Source: a virus
Reading direction: 5' to 3' (one strand)
IMG/VR virus record: IMGVR_UViG_3300005573_000001
Length of the DNA stretch: 64,000 nucleotides
In this document: piece by piece, positions 1-9,264 of the stretch
How positions within the stretch are numbered: position 1 is the first letter of the stretch
Layout of the letters: the number at the start of each line of letters is the position of its first letter
Notes under the pieces: model-generated
What the model was told of the DNA's origin: nothing
Databases searched by the model: none
Seen by the model: the letters and a program-made list of their open reading frames with translations, nothing else
Made by a program: the position numbers and the translations under genes

Positions 1-71
1 CAATACACTCAAAGACAGGCTATCTGACATAGAAGACACTATAAACTTCCTAAGAAAAAATATCTAGGTGG

Positions 72-1259
72 GTGACACAACCAATGGGAACATTTATACA
101 GAGGTACCTCAGCAAGGGTATATTGAACTCTAGTGCAATCAACGAGATCCACGGATACATCCTAAAGGAGATGCAAAACCTAGCTGAAGCTCAGACAACA
201 AACGAAGACATCATAAATAAGAATATGCAGGCCTTACTCACGGAGAATATCTTCTTGCAAGACAAGATCAAAGAACTTGAAGACTCTCTATACAACCTAA
301 AAAGTAGGATAGATACCGAACTCGGTCTAACATATTTGTCTAAGTTAAGACAGAGGTTTACCGGCGGTGCGGGCATCGTAAAGATGGATACTGGTTACAT
401 CGACCCAGTATATAACTATGCAACAATCAAACCATCAGCCAGTCCTATAGTAAAGACGTCGATAGTCGACAACCTCGGAAAGGTATTTATACCAGACGAG
501 CTACAGGTCACTGTAACGAAGTGGTTTGACGACAATACGGCCGCCGGGACGGTAACCAACAGAAGCAACGACAGTACCATAGACAACATGTTCGACCGTA
601 AGCAATATACATACTGGATAGATACCATAACAACCTCGGATAGCGTATCCACACTAAAGGCATGCATACACATTAAATTACCGACAAATATAATGAATAA
701 CGCCCTTGTCAACACAATCAAGCTTAATCCGTACCCAGAGTACGGCCTAAATATAGACAGCATAGAATATAAGGGATACAACGAAGAGTGGACCACGGTA
801 TCTGTAATCCCAGATGGCGGCATCAAAGGGGCTGGCAAGAGCGCCATATTAATAGCCCCCACTAACGTCCTAGAGGTAAAAGTATACGTATCACAGCCTA
901 CCAGTATCGTATCTGGAACCAACAAAACATTCACGCTAGGTATGCAGGAGATAAGCATAGAGTATAACCAGGTACTTCTCGACCAAGGCGAGATAGTTGT
1001 CATGTTCCAACTACCTGCCGGTAAATACTTCTCACAGGTAAGTACACCTACGGCAGTAGTACACCCATATGCGCCGCAAAATATAGCTGGACTCGTAGAG
1101 TTCAAGTTATACTACAATGCGGACCTGGTAGACGAATTCCCATTCGGCAGAAGTATCACAAGTAATATCGGCACAGTCTATATTAAAATAATCTTAAGAC
1201 AAAGGGGAGGGGTTCTACCGGTACTCTCTGCGGTAGAACTAAACTATTTGCCGAAGTAA
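72..1259 (+). CDS. hypothetical protein, probably virion structural (N-terminal coiled coil plus beta-rich domain)
   Basis: 395-aa ORF, T/V/I/S-rich, directly upstream of holin-like genes. Confidence 0.45.
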   Translation: MTQPMGTFIQRYLSKGILNSSAINEIHGYILKEMQNLAEAQTTNEDIINKNMQALLTENIFLQDKIKELEDSLYNLKSRIDTELGLTYLSKLRQRFTGGAGIVKMDTGYIDPVYNYATIKPSASPIVKTSIVDNLGKVFIPDELQVTVTKWFDDNTAAGTVTNRSNDSTIDNMFDRKQYTYWIDTITTSDSVSTLKACIHIKLPTNIMNNALVNTIKLNPYPEYGLNIDSIEYKGYNEEWTTVSVIPDGGIKGAGKSAILIAPTNVLEVKVYVSQPTSIVSGTNKTFTLGMQEISIEYNQVLLDQGEIVVMFQLPAGKYFSQVSTPTAVVHPYAPQNIAGLVEFKLYYNADLVDEFPFGRSITSNIGTVYIKIILRQRGGVLPVLSAVELNYLPK

Positions 1260-1306
1260 CAGCTGCAAGGACAACACATCAATCAACAGAAGGACAGATC
1301 AGAAGT

Positions 1307-1732
1307 ATGGAACAGTACATTGAAGTATCAAAACACCTATCTAACCTAGACGCCAGAATGGAATCACTGGAAGAATGTACAAGAGATCTTAAAGGCGTAT
1401 ACAACACCTTTACAGAGGCAATCACAGAGCTAGTCACACTACAAAAGGTTATACAGGAAAGGCAGAGTAAGAGCGAAGAGACGCAGAAGGAAATAGCCGA
1501 CAAGGTAACGCAGCTTGCCAGTATAGTGGCTGTTATGCAGGAAAGACAGGACATGTCTATTAAGGGAGAAGCAGCGCTAAGGAACGAAGTTTCCAACATT
1601 AGAGCTGCTATCAACCACGAAAGCAAGAAAAACAGTATAGATATAAGAGATATAGCCAAGAAGGTAATCGTCTACCTAATAGTAGGATTAGTCAGTGCGG
1701 GATTCGCATTGTTACTCAAAGGAGGACAATAA
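1307..1732 (+). CDS. coiled-coil protein with C-terminal transmembrane helix (XhlA/holin-associated-like)
   Basis: Heptad-like pattern followed by hydrophobic VIVYLIVGLVSAGFALLL. Confidence 0.5.
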   Translation: MEQYIEVSKHLSNLDARMESLEECTRDLKGVYNTFTEAITELVTLQKVIQERQSKSEETQKEIADKVTQLASIVAVMQERQDMSIKGEAALRNEVSNIRAAINHESKKNSIDIRDIAKKVIVYLIVGLVSAGFALLLKGGQ

Positions 1733-2152
1733 GTGGAGAATATTATCAATAGTATAGCCAGAGACCCGATACTAATCTATCTGCCGATTTTAATTATCGT
1801 ACACCTCATTATCGGCATTATTACGGCTATCAAGACAAAGACATTCAAGTTTAAGGAGCTGCCTAACTTTATATTTAAAGGCACACTCATTATAGTATTC
1901 ATGGTGCTCGTCAACTCCGCCAAGGCGGTTGTAGAAAACAATGCGCTAGGAGACGTTGCGGTAGCTGGCATTACCGGCCTATGGGGCACCGCATGGCTTG
2001 CAGTGTTGTTATACTACCTAGCAGCAATATATAAAAACTTAGTAACCTTAGGTTGCCCAAAGCTGCCAATACTCGAGAAGAAGCTAGAGGAATCAAACAC
2101 AGAGGCCGAGGAATCAAATATGGAGACTACGGATTCAGAACATATAAACTAA
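1733..2152 (+). CDS. putative holin
   Basis: Three hydrophobic segments, an ending like IYKNLVTLGCP as in TcdE/phage holins, and a charged C-terminal tail. Confidence 0.65.
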   Translation: MENIINSIARDPILIYLPILIIVHLIIGIITAIKTKTFKFKELPNFIFKGTLIIVFMVLVNSAKAVVENNALGDVAVAGITGLWGTAWLAVLLYYLAAIYKNLVTLGCPKLPILEKKLEESNTEAEESNMETTDSEHIN

Positions 2153-2162
2153 GGAGGTAAAT

Positions 2163-2525
2163 ATGTTAACAACAATCATCCTTACAGCCATTATCACATT
2201 AGTGGTAGCCGGTGCGGCGTTCGTAATATATGAACGCAGAAAGGCAAACCCAGCAGAAAGAGTAAGTACCAGCATCGTCGCCTGTTGGGAACAAATCAGG
2301 CCTATAGTGCTCGAAGGCATAACTAAGGCTCTAGAGTTCGTACAATTAGACAAAACTGACTTTGTGGCTGTCGAGCATTACGTAGCGACTAATATTAAGG
2401 CGCTCATAGACGATTTAGACATATTAACAGAACAGGAAAAGGCCCTTTTTACGGTCGACATGATAAAGACTATAATCAGCCCTATACTCCGCAAGATATA
2501 CGAACAAGACACACAACATCAGTAA
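2163..2525 (+). CDS. N-terminally membrane-anchored protein (LL-H-holin-like)
   Basis: Single N-terminal TM helix; AAGGAGG RBS. Confidence 0.45.
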   Translation: MLTTIILTAIITLVVAGAAFVIYERRKANPAERVSTSIVACWEQIRPIVLEGITKALEFVQLDKTDFVAVEHYVATNIKALIDDLDILTEQEKALFTVDMIKTIISPILRKIYEQDTQHQ

Positions 2526-2528
2526 GCA

Positions 2529-2557
2529 TTGACAAACAGCAAGACTTATGATATTAT
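2529..2557 (+). promoter_or_regulatory. SigA/sigma70-type promoter upstream of the Rad52-like gene
   Basis: TTGACA-17 bp-TATTAT with an extended -10 TG. Confidence 0.75.
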
Positions 2558-2584
2558 TCGAGTAGAAATAACTAGGAGATAACT

Positions 2585-3319
2585 ATGGAGTACTATTTAC
2601 AACATTCGTACGACAGGGCAAAGGCTATCAAGATTATAGAGACGCCTATTGATCCCAAACTGATTAAAGTAAGAGAAGAAGAGTCTTGGAGTAATGGGAA
2701 GAAAACAAAGAAGCAGTTTAAGTACATCAGCCAAGCAACAGTAATCAACATCCTTAACAGCGCCTTCGGGTATGAATGGAGCTTTGAAACGCCTCATGCC
2801 TTCGTACAGGAGGCACAGCCCACTAAGGAAATGACATGGAGCGACAGGGAGAAAAAATACGTGCCGGTTCTCGACGAGAATGGAAAGCCTAAATTAAAAG
2901 AGGAACCAGGTTATGTAGTAGTATGCGGTAGGCTGACAGTACCGGGGCTTGGCGTAAAGGAACAGTGGGGTTCATGCGTTCTTCTCGGCGGTGCCTCAGT
3001 CCAACAAGACGCATTCAAAGCAGCTGCTTCCGATGCACTTAAGAAGTGCGCCACCCTATTTGGTATAGCCATAGAGCTCTACGACGATGCACCCGAAGAG
3101 GACGCAGACACGTGGACACCAAAGAATATCCAAAAGTATTCAGAGGCCCGCGCCAAACTGAGTGAACTTAAGACAAAGTTCGGAATAGGTCCAAACGAGA
3201 ACACAAAACTGAACCCAATGGTAAGAAGCTTCCTAGGAAGAGAAAACGCCACATGGGAGAATATACTCCCATCCAATATAGAGAACTTCGTGGCATACCT
3301 AGAGAAGCAACTACCATAA
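2585..3319 (+). CDS. Rad52/Sak-family single-strand annealing protein
   Basis: YISQATVINILNSAFGYEWSF and AFKAAASDALKKCATLFGIAIELY motifs. Confidence 0.85.
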   Translation: MEYYLQHSYDRAKAIKIIETPIDPKLIKVREEESWSNGKKTKKQFKYISQATVINILNSAFGYEWSFETPHAFVQEAQPTKEMTWSDREKKYVPVLDENGKPKLKEEPGYVVVCGRLTVPGLGVKEQWGSCVLLGGASVQQDAFKAAASDALKKCATLFGIAIELYDDAPEEDADTWTPKNIQKYSEARAKLSELKTKFGIGPNENTKLNPMVRSFLGRENATWENILPSNIENFVAYLEKQLP

Positions 3320-3328
3320 AGGAGCGCC

Positions 3329-4006
3329 ATGGCAACATTAGCATACCAGTTAGCCATGGAATACTTCAACAAGATAAAGTGGTTCTGCAAGGATAGGGGC
3401 GCAGTAGTCGCGGCAGCTGCCAGGTCATATGAAAACCTTATTAAGGAACTTAAGTATGCAGACCTCTTCGAGGCACTTAACTTCTTTAGTCTGACTCGGG
3501 GTACATGGCAGCTCAATGCAGTCCAAGACCCAAGTGAAACTGTCCTCACTCCAGCCGACAACCTTATAGACAAGGGGACGTTTTACTTCCATCCCGTACT
3601 ACAAATCGCCCCACCTGCACCGATATGGTACCCGGACGGACCCCAAATCGAGCAGGAGCCATTTTATCTAACCAACGTAGAAGTATTTACAATGGGGCAT
3701 CTGGTAACCTACTTTAGCGAGAGGACAAACCAGATGCTCACACCCTTGGCTAACAACGCCTATAGTAAGACATTACGTTATATATTCGGGAGAATACCTA
3801 ATCTGCGACAGCCGCTTAATAAGCTGGACGCCGTATTATATACGATAGACGAAGCGGTTACGCAGACATATGATAAAGGGGATAAGCCCATAAGAGAGGT
3901 CATCGAGCTTGTCAACTACATCCCAGACGGCATCGAAATATATGAGGCAAGATATAACTCCAGCGTCGAATATGGGCTCGACAAGCCCATCCTCCCTACG
4001 CGTTGA
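3329..4006 (+). CDS. hypothetical protein
   Basis: 225-aa ORF with AAGGAG RBS in the replication operon. Confidence 0.6.
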   Translation: MATLAYQLAMEYFNKIKWFCKDRGAVVAAAARSYENLIKELKYADLFEALNFFSLTRGTWQLNAVQDPSETVLTPADNLIDKGTFYFHPVLQIAPPAPIWYPDGPQIEQEPFYLTNVEVFTMGHLVTYFSERTNQMLTPLANNAYSKTLRYIFGRIPNLRQPLNKLDAVLYTIDEAVTQTYDKGDKPIREVIELVNYIPDGIEIYEARYNSSVEYGLDKPILPTR

Positions 4007-5000
4007 ATATGGTGCGAGAATAGACTCAGGCTTCATTCGTAATATATTCTGCACTCCAGACCAGGAAGACAATTTCAGGAGGCGGTACAATAACACGGAC
4101 GTATACCAGTCCGCGTTCCTATATGACAGCAGAGATATAGATGAGGCCAGCCTCGTTGGAGATGCATACTTTGACTTTGATACGGAACTCAACAACGAAG
4201 AAGCTTTCAGTAAAGTACGCCAGGATGCCCTGTCGTCTCTAATGGCGCTAAAGATATGGTATGGCATACCTACAGATATGGTACACATATATTTTAGCGG
4301 ATGCAAGGGTATCCACATTACTGTGCCGCAAGTCATATTCGACATACAACCGGATAGGGAGCTTCACCTAAAATACAAGGAGCTAGCTACAAAGCTATCC
4401 GCAAGATGCAAGTATAAGACACTTGACCTAAAAATATACGACAGGCGCAGACTATTCAGATTAACTAACAGTATACATAGGAAGACCGGGCTATATAAAA
4501 TCCCCATAACGTACGAGGAACTACAAGGGCTTAGCTACGCACAAATACTAGAGCTAGCCAAGTCCCCCAGATCAATCACATACACTACACCCAGGACCAT
4601 ACGTCTTGCGGTCCTAGGACTTAAGCAGTTAAACTCATTGCGAAGAGTACCCCGCAAGATCAAGGCTGACTTTTCCCAGTATAAGGGCAAAGAATTCTGG
4701 CCGCCATGCATCACATATATGCTTGAACAGCCTGTTACAATAGGGTCGCGTAATAATATAGGCTGTGTCATAGCCGCTTATATGTATCATCACGGCTATA
4801 CGGAGGAGGAAACAAAGGACATAATTATTACATGGGGCAATACGGTATGTATGCCACAATTATCTCAGGAAGAGATAGAAAGCATATTGGTATCTATGCG
4901 TAAGGGTGGATATAACTACGGATGCGAAACAATAAAGAGTTTATGTCCCTGCGCATGCAAGGATAAAGAATGTGGAATGAAGAGGAACAGCAAGGTATGA
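3909..5000 (+). CDS. archaeo-eukaryotic primase (AEP/PrimPol) with C-terminal PriCT/Cys-rich domain; start uncertain (possibly 3972)
   Basis: DFD motif I, FSGCKGIH motif II, DLKIYDRRRLFRL motif III; C-terminal PPCI...GSRNN...YGC..CPC. Confidence 0.85.
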   Translation: MSTTSQTASKYMRQDITPASNMGSTSPSSLRVEYGARIDSGFIRNIFCTPDQEDNFRRRYNNTDVYQSAFLYDSRDIDEASLVGDAYFDFDTELNNEEAFSKVRQDALSSLMALKIWYGIPTDMVHIYFSGCKGIHITVPQVIFDIQPDRELHLKYKELATKLSARCKYKTLDLKIYDRRRLFRLTNSIHRKTGLYKIPITYEELQGLSYAQILELAKSPRSITYTTPRTIRLAVLGLKQLNSLRRVPRKIKADFSQYKGKEFWPPCITYMLEQPVTIGSRNNIGCVIAAYMYHHGYTEEETKDIIITWGNTVCMPQLSQEEIESILVSMRKGGYNYGCETIKSLCPCACKDKECGMKRNSKV

Positions 5001-5179
5001 AAGAAACAAACGAATGGTCACTTGAGGTAGCACTAAACCAATGGAAAGGTGAGATAGGTCGAGAGTTCGAAAAGGTATGCCCTACAGCAGCGTCATTTAA
5101 AGCAGTGCTACATACGCTGCACGATATATTCGATAAGATAGAGAGAGACATCCTGCAACACTATAAGAGAATAGACTAA
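4997..5179 (+). CDS. small hypothetical protein
   Basis: ATG overlaps the primase stop codon (ATGA). Confidence 0.5.
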   Translation: MKETNEWSLEVALNQWKGEIGREFEKVCPTAASFKAVLHTLHDIFDKIERDILQHYKRID

Positions 5180-5191
5180 TGGGGTCAATAC

Positions 5192-6262
5192 ATGAATGTT
5201 AGAGAAAGACTGTTTGGAAGCAGCAATAGTGAGGCGAGCACATTAAGTGAATTACAACTTAGTATAGACAGAAGTAATCTAGTCGACATTGAGAATGAAT
5301 TCCTAGACGAAATAGAGGCCTTCGACACCCAAAGTAATGAGCGTAGCTTAGGAATAGACACTGGGTTCCCTAAGCTAAACGAAGCGCTCAACGGCCTCGA
5401 GGCAGGGCTCATAATGGTCAGCGGACCAGCCAATACCGGTAAGACGGCTTTCTGTTTACAGTTAGCGTGGCAAATAGCCAACCTTAACCGCGACAGTACG
5501 CCAGAACACCCGTTCAGAGTATATGTCCTATATTTCTCGCTCGACGATGCAACAAGGGACGTAATCCCACGATTCGTAGCAATAGAAGAACATATGGACA
5601 TAAGGATAGTAAAGACCCCACACCGTCACGCACATTCTATATCTGACCTTATTAGAAGGGCGACAGGTATCCGTAAACTAAAGCAGAGCCTGAATGTCAT
5701 TAAGGTAGTAGATAAGGGTAAGGGCTGCAGCATAGAATACATTACTGGAGAAGTCGAGCGACATATGTTCGATCTACAGAACATGGAATCAAGGGACAAT
5801 GTCCGGTACAAACTCGTCGTTTTTATAGACAACTTCCACGATATAGAAGTAGAGTCCCAACGTTATAACGACGAAAACCGCCGCTACAACGATATATGTG
5901 CAGCGCTAGACACCTTAGCAATTAGGTTCGACCTACCGATCATCTGCACAGCAGAATTACGCAAACTTAACGGTTTAAGGCGGCCTACTAACGATGATAT
6001 ACGCGAGACGGTAAAGATGAGCTATAAGGCTAAGGCCATCCTATCATGCTATAACGAGGTAGGAATAAGAGACCAGAACGCAAGTATATACTGGACACAC
6101 CCAGAGAGGCAAGAGAAAATGCCAGTACTAGAGGTCAGGTTTACCAAGAATAAGATGAGTAGCTATAAGGGAAGGCTGTTCTTCAAGTTCATACCTGAAC
6201 AATCGAGACTTATAGAGGCTGACACAATGGAGGCACAAAGATATGCACAAGCAAGCCAATAG
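5192..6262 (+). CDS. DnaB-like replicative helicase (C-terminal ATPase domain)
   Basis: IDTGFPKLN, Walker A GPANTGKT, YFSLD, VFIDN, KNK motifs. Confidence 0.85.
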   Translation: MNVRERLFGSSNSEASTLSELQLSIDRSNLVDIENEFLDEIEAFDTQSNERSLGIDTGFPKLNEALNGLEAGLIMVSGPANTGKTAFCLQLAWQIANLNRDSTPEHPFRVYVLYFSLDDATRDVIPRFVAIEEHMDIRIVKTPHRHAHSISDLIRRATGIRKLKQSLNVIKVVDKGKGCSIEYITGEVERHMFDLQNMESRDNVRYKLVVFIDNFHDIEVESQRYNDENRRYNDICAALDTLAIRFDLPIICTAELRKLNGLRRPTNDDIRETVKMSYKAKAILSCYNEVGIRDQNASIYWTHPERQEKMPVLEVRFTKNKMSSYKGRLFFKFIPEQSRLIEADTMEAQRYAQASQ

Positions 6263-6276
6263 AAAGTGGAGACTAT

Positions 6277-7650
6277 ATGATAACAAAGGTACTGGACACA
6301 AACATTCTCCTCGACCGCCCATTCGAGGAGACACTTAAACTACTATCTGAGAAACACGACAACATTAAAGTCGTAGTCCCCCTCTCGGTACTAGTAGAGC
6401 TAGACACCTTCAAGAATGGCAGCAACCCAATCAATGCAAACTGCCGGTCCACTATCAGGTTTATAGAAACCCTGCGCCACCTTGGGGTAACTAAAGGACA
6501 AAACCTTGTAGACGGTGTAATCTTCGGTAATATAAGGTTCTGTGTACACATAGACACAGGAAACCTGGACGAGACGAAGGTAGACAACCTCGTAATCAAG
6601 ACGGCGAGAGAACTATCCGAGTATGAGAATGACGTGGAGATACTCTCTGAAGACATACACGAGCGCATCCTTGCCAATATATGTGGCATCACGTCAAATA
6701 GTCTAGCCAGTAAAGACATCAACATCGATAAGCTTTACACAGGTAAAGCAGAAATACAGATAACCGAGAATCAGCTCGAAGAGCTGTACAAAGACAGAAA
6801 TAGCAGGCAGCTTAGGACTAGACGAGAACTAGAGTATAACCAGTTCGTAATCATGACGGATCCGACCGGACAAGTCCACTACGGTATATACGATAAGGAG
6901 TTCCACGTAATAAGGGGACTCAAGGATACATACGAAGCATGGGGCATTAAGCCCAAACGTGGCAAGGATGGACGGTCCATTAGAGAACAGACAATGCTGA
7001 TGCACCTATTGCTTGACAAGAATATAAACCTAGTCACGTGTGTAGGTCCATCTGGCAGTGGAAAGACATTTCTAGCGCTTGCAGCGGCGCTTGAACAGAC
7101 TATATATAAGGAAATCTACGATAAGATAGTAGTCATCAGGCCGCTTGTACATAATGACATAGGTGCTCTGCCCGGTGATAAGCTGGATAAATTACGACCG
7201 TGGATGGGGTCGGTGTTCGATAACCTCGAGTATCTTCTATCAATAGAAGGTACAAGCGCAAAGTTGAAGGACCTAACAGGTTACGGAAGCACTATAGACC
7301 GCATTAACGACCTAATCCAGAACGACATAATCGAACTAGAGGCATTCAGCTTCATACGCGGCAGGAGTATACCAAACCAGTTTATTATAGTTGACGATTG
7401 TCAGAACATGTCTGTATCACAAGCAGTAACTATTCTGACACGCGTAGGGGAAGGTAGTAAGATAGTCTTACTAGGGGACATTGCCAAACAACAAATAGAC
7501 GACCCAAGGCTATCCCCAAGCAACAATGGACTTACATACATCGTAGACAAAACTAAGGGTATAAGCCCATTAGTCGGCCATATAACAATGGAACAGGTAG
7601 TAAGGTCCCCGTTAGCAGAATTAGTAGTAAAGATAAGTAGCATGGAGTAG
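6277..7650 (+). CDS. phoH: PIN-PhoH family protein (PhoH2/YlaK-like)
   Basis: N-terminal VLDTNILL PIN domain; GPSGSGKT, GALPG, IRGRSI, TRVGEGSKIVLLGD. Confidence 0.92.
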   Translation: MITKVLDTNILLDRPFEETLKLLSEKHDNIKVVVPLSVLVELDTFKNGSNPINANCRSTIRFIETLRHLGVTKGQNLVDGVIFGNIRFCVHIDTGNLDETKVDNLVIKTARELSEYENDVEILSEDIHERILANICGITSNSLASKDINIDKLYTGKAEIQITENQLEELYKDRNSRQLRTRRELEYNQFVIMTDPTGQVHYGIYDKEFHVIRGLKDTYEAWGIKPKRGKDGRSIREQTMLMHLLLDKNINLVTCVGPSGSGKTFLALAAALEQTIYKEIYDKIVVIRPLVHNDIGALPGDKLDKLRPWMGSVFDNLEYLLSIEGTSAKLKDLTGYGSTIDRINDLIQNDIIELEAFSFIRGRSIPNQFIIVDDCQNMSVSQAVTILTRVGEGSKIVLLGDIAKQQIDDPRLSPSNNGLTYIVDKTKGISPLVGHITMEQVVRSPLAELVVKISSME

Positions 7651-7689
7651 CACCTAGGAGAGTACTATTAACAAGGATTGATGAACAGC

Positions 7690-7884
7690 ATGGCTCAGTG
7701 GATTCAGAAGGCTATAAAGAGGCCTGGAGCCTTATCAGCAAAGGCAAAGAGAATAAAGGGAGGCTACAAGAACGGGCGTATCACACCAAAAGGACTCGCA
7801 GCCCTAGCTAAGTCCAAAAACCCGACAACCCGTAGGCAAGCGGCCTTAGCCCGTACACTTGCAAAGCTTAGAAAGAAGAAGTAA
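7690..7884 (+). CDS. small highly basic protein (putative nucleic-acid binding)
   Basis: WIQKAIKRPGAL...RRQAALARTLAKLRKKK with no acidic residues. Confidence 0.7.
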   Translation: MAQWIQKAIKRPGALSAKAKRIKGGYKNGRITPKGLAALAKSKNPTTRRQAALARTLAKLRKKK

Positions 7885-8099
7885 TGATGGATAATATCAT
7901 AGCTCGCGGTTATAAGGCCATGTTTGGAGCCGCAAGGTACTGCCATCTATGTGGCAGACAACTCATAATAGGAGACGACGACGGACACGGCAACGCAGTA
8001 ACACCTGAGGAATTCCAAGCAGAGATGCACAGTGTCTGCTTACGCAACGAGTTAGTCAGACGTAAGGCCTTAAAGAGCAACAATGAGAGTAGACATTAG
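7884..8099 (+). CDS. small putative Zn-binding protein
   Basis: CHLCG...HSVC; translationally coupled. Confidence 0.5.
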   Translation: MMDNIIARGYKAMFGAARYCHLCGRQLIIGDDDGHGNAVTPEEFQAEMHSVCLRNELVRRKALKSNNESRH

Positions 8100-8859
8100 T
8101 GACATATTAATCTACATGGACTGCCCCGTTAAGTACCTAATCAAACAGCGAACGGCTGAGTCCAAAGCATGTAGCATAAATAGGGAGTTTGACGAGGCCA
8201 TACATAAGGTTCTATTATACTATTACTACAAGAAGATGAATGGCCAGGAAGTCGGCATCACAGCCATGAAAAGGAGATGGGGAGAACTATGGTATACGCC
8301 AGGAACTCCCAATGATTATGCACTGCGAGAGAACAGGTATAGGGACAAAAGAAGGCAGCTTGAGCTATATGGAGTAATGCTAATAGACGCATTCTACAAT
8401 AACGAAGGGCATACCGGGGCAGTCCCCTTAATTGTAAACGCACAAAGTCAGGTCCAAGTTGGCAAGCACGTCGTAACTGTAAATATAGAGCTCGTACGTC
8501 GAGCCAAAGATAAAAAGGTAGAGTTAGTTGACTTTCGCATAGGAACCGTATACCCAAAGAACATCGTCGTAAACAGAGACCTCTCTCTCTCAGCACAAGC
8601 CAAAGCATTCCGCACAACATTCGACATGGAAGAGGACCGCATAATATTGTCGTATATGCACCAAGCTGGGATGGGAGCACACGACTTTACCGTAAGAAGA
8701 ACAGAAGAACACATAAGAAAGTTTGAATGCATCGCCGAGATGGCGATTACAGGAATAGAGAACGAAGTGTTCTATCCTCGATACAGTAAAGATTGTTATA
8801 CCTGTTTGTATCAGGGGATGTGCAACGCAATTAGATTTAAGAAGGTGAAAAAATGTTAG
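8083..8859 (+). CDS. PD-(D/E)XK nuclease-fold protein (Cas4/AddB-like) with atypical active site
   Basis: N-terminal CP.KY, C-terminal CYTCLYQGMC; ELVDFRIG in place of the usual IIDYKTG. Confidence 0.7.
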   Translation: MRVDISDILIYMDCPVKYLIKQRTAESKACSINREFDEAIHKVLLYYYYKKMNGQEVGITAMKRRWGELWYTPGTPNDYALRENRYRDKRRQLELYGVMLIDAFYNNEGHTGAVPLIVNAQSQVQVGKHVVTVNIELVRRAKDKKVELVDFRIGTVYPKNIVVNRDLSLSAQAKAFRTTFDMEEDRIILSYMHQAGMGAHDFTVRRTEEHIRKFECIAEMAITGIENEVFYPRYSKDCYTCLYQGMCNAIRFKKVKKC

Positions 8860-9017
8860 AGTTAGTTAAAGATGGTAAGGTAGTCCTTACTATAGACGAC
8901 CGTGGGAATATGTGTGGAGAGTTACTTGACAATATGAAGGCCAAAGCTGACGAGCTTGCCCAAAAAGGCAAGTTACCAATACCAGATAAGGCCAAGGAGA
9001 AGAAGAATGAAAAATAG
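8853..9017 (+). CDS. small hypothetical protein (54 aa, below the ORF-track cutoff)
   Basis: MLELVKDGKVVLTIDDRGN..., AAGGTG RBS, fills the gap between genes. Confidence 0.5.
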   Translation: MLELVKDGKVVLTIDDRGNMCGELLDNMKAKADELAQKGKLPIPDKAKEKKNEK

Positions 9018-9249
9018 AGAATTAGTACCGAGCAAGGTAGCCGTCATTTATGACACCTATAATCCTCAGGAAGTCCTGGACATCGTGCCGGTCGAGGTCT
9101 TTAGCTCACTAGGAATAGGCGATACAATTATAATAAGGAGCTTTGGGGCTGACAATAAACTAATTGAAATATACAAGAACATTGCAGACAAACAAATAAT
9201 CCTTAACCACACATTAGGGTCTATAGACTACAACATTATTGCCGGATAA
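9007..9249 (+). CDS. hypothetical protein
   Basis: ATG at 9007 with AAGGAG upstream. Confidence 0.55.
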   Translation: MKNRELVPSKVAVIYDTYNPQEVLDIVPVEVFSSLGIGDTIIIRSFGADNKLIEIYKNIADKQIILNHTLGSIDYNIIAG

Positions 9250-9264
9250 TAGGAGAGATACTAA

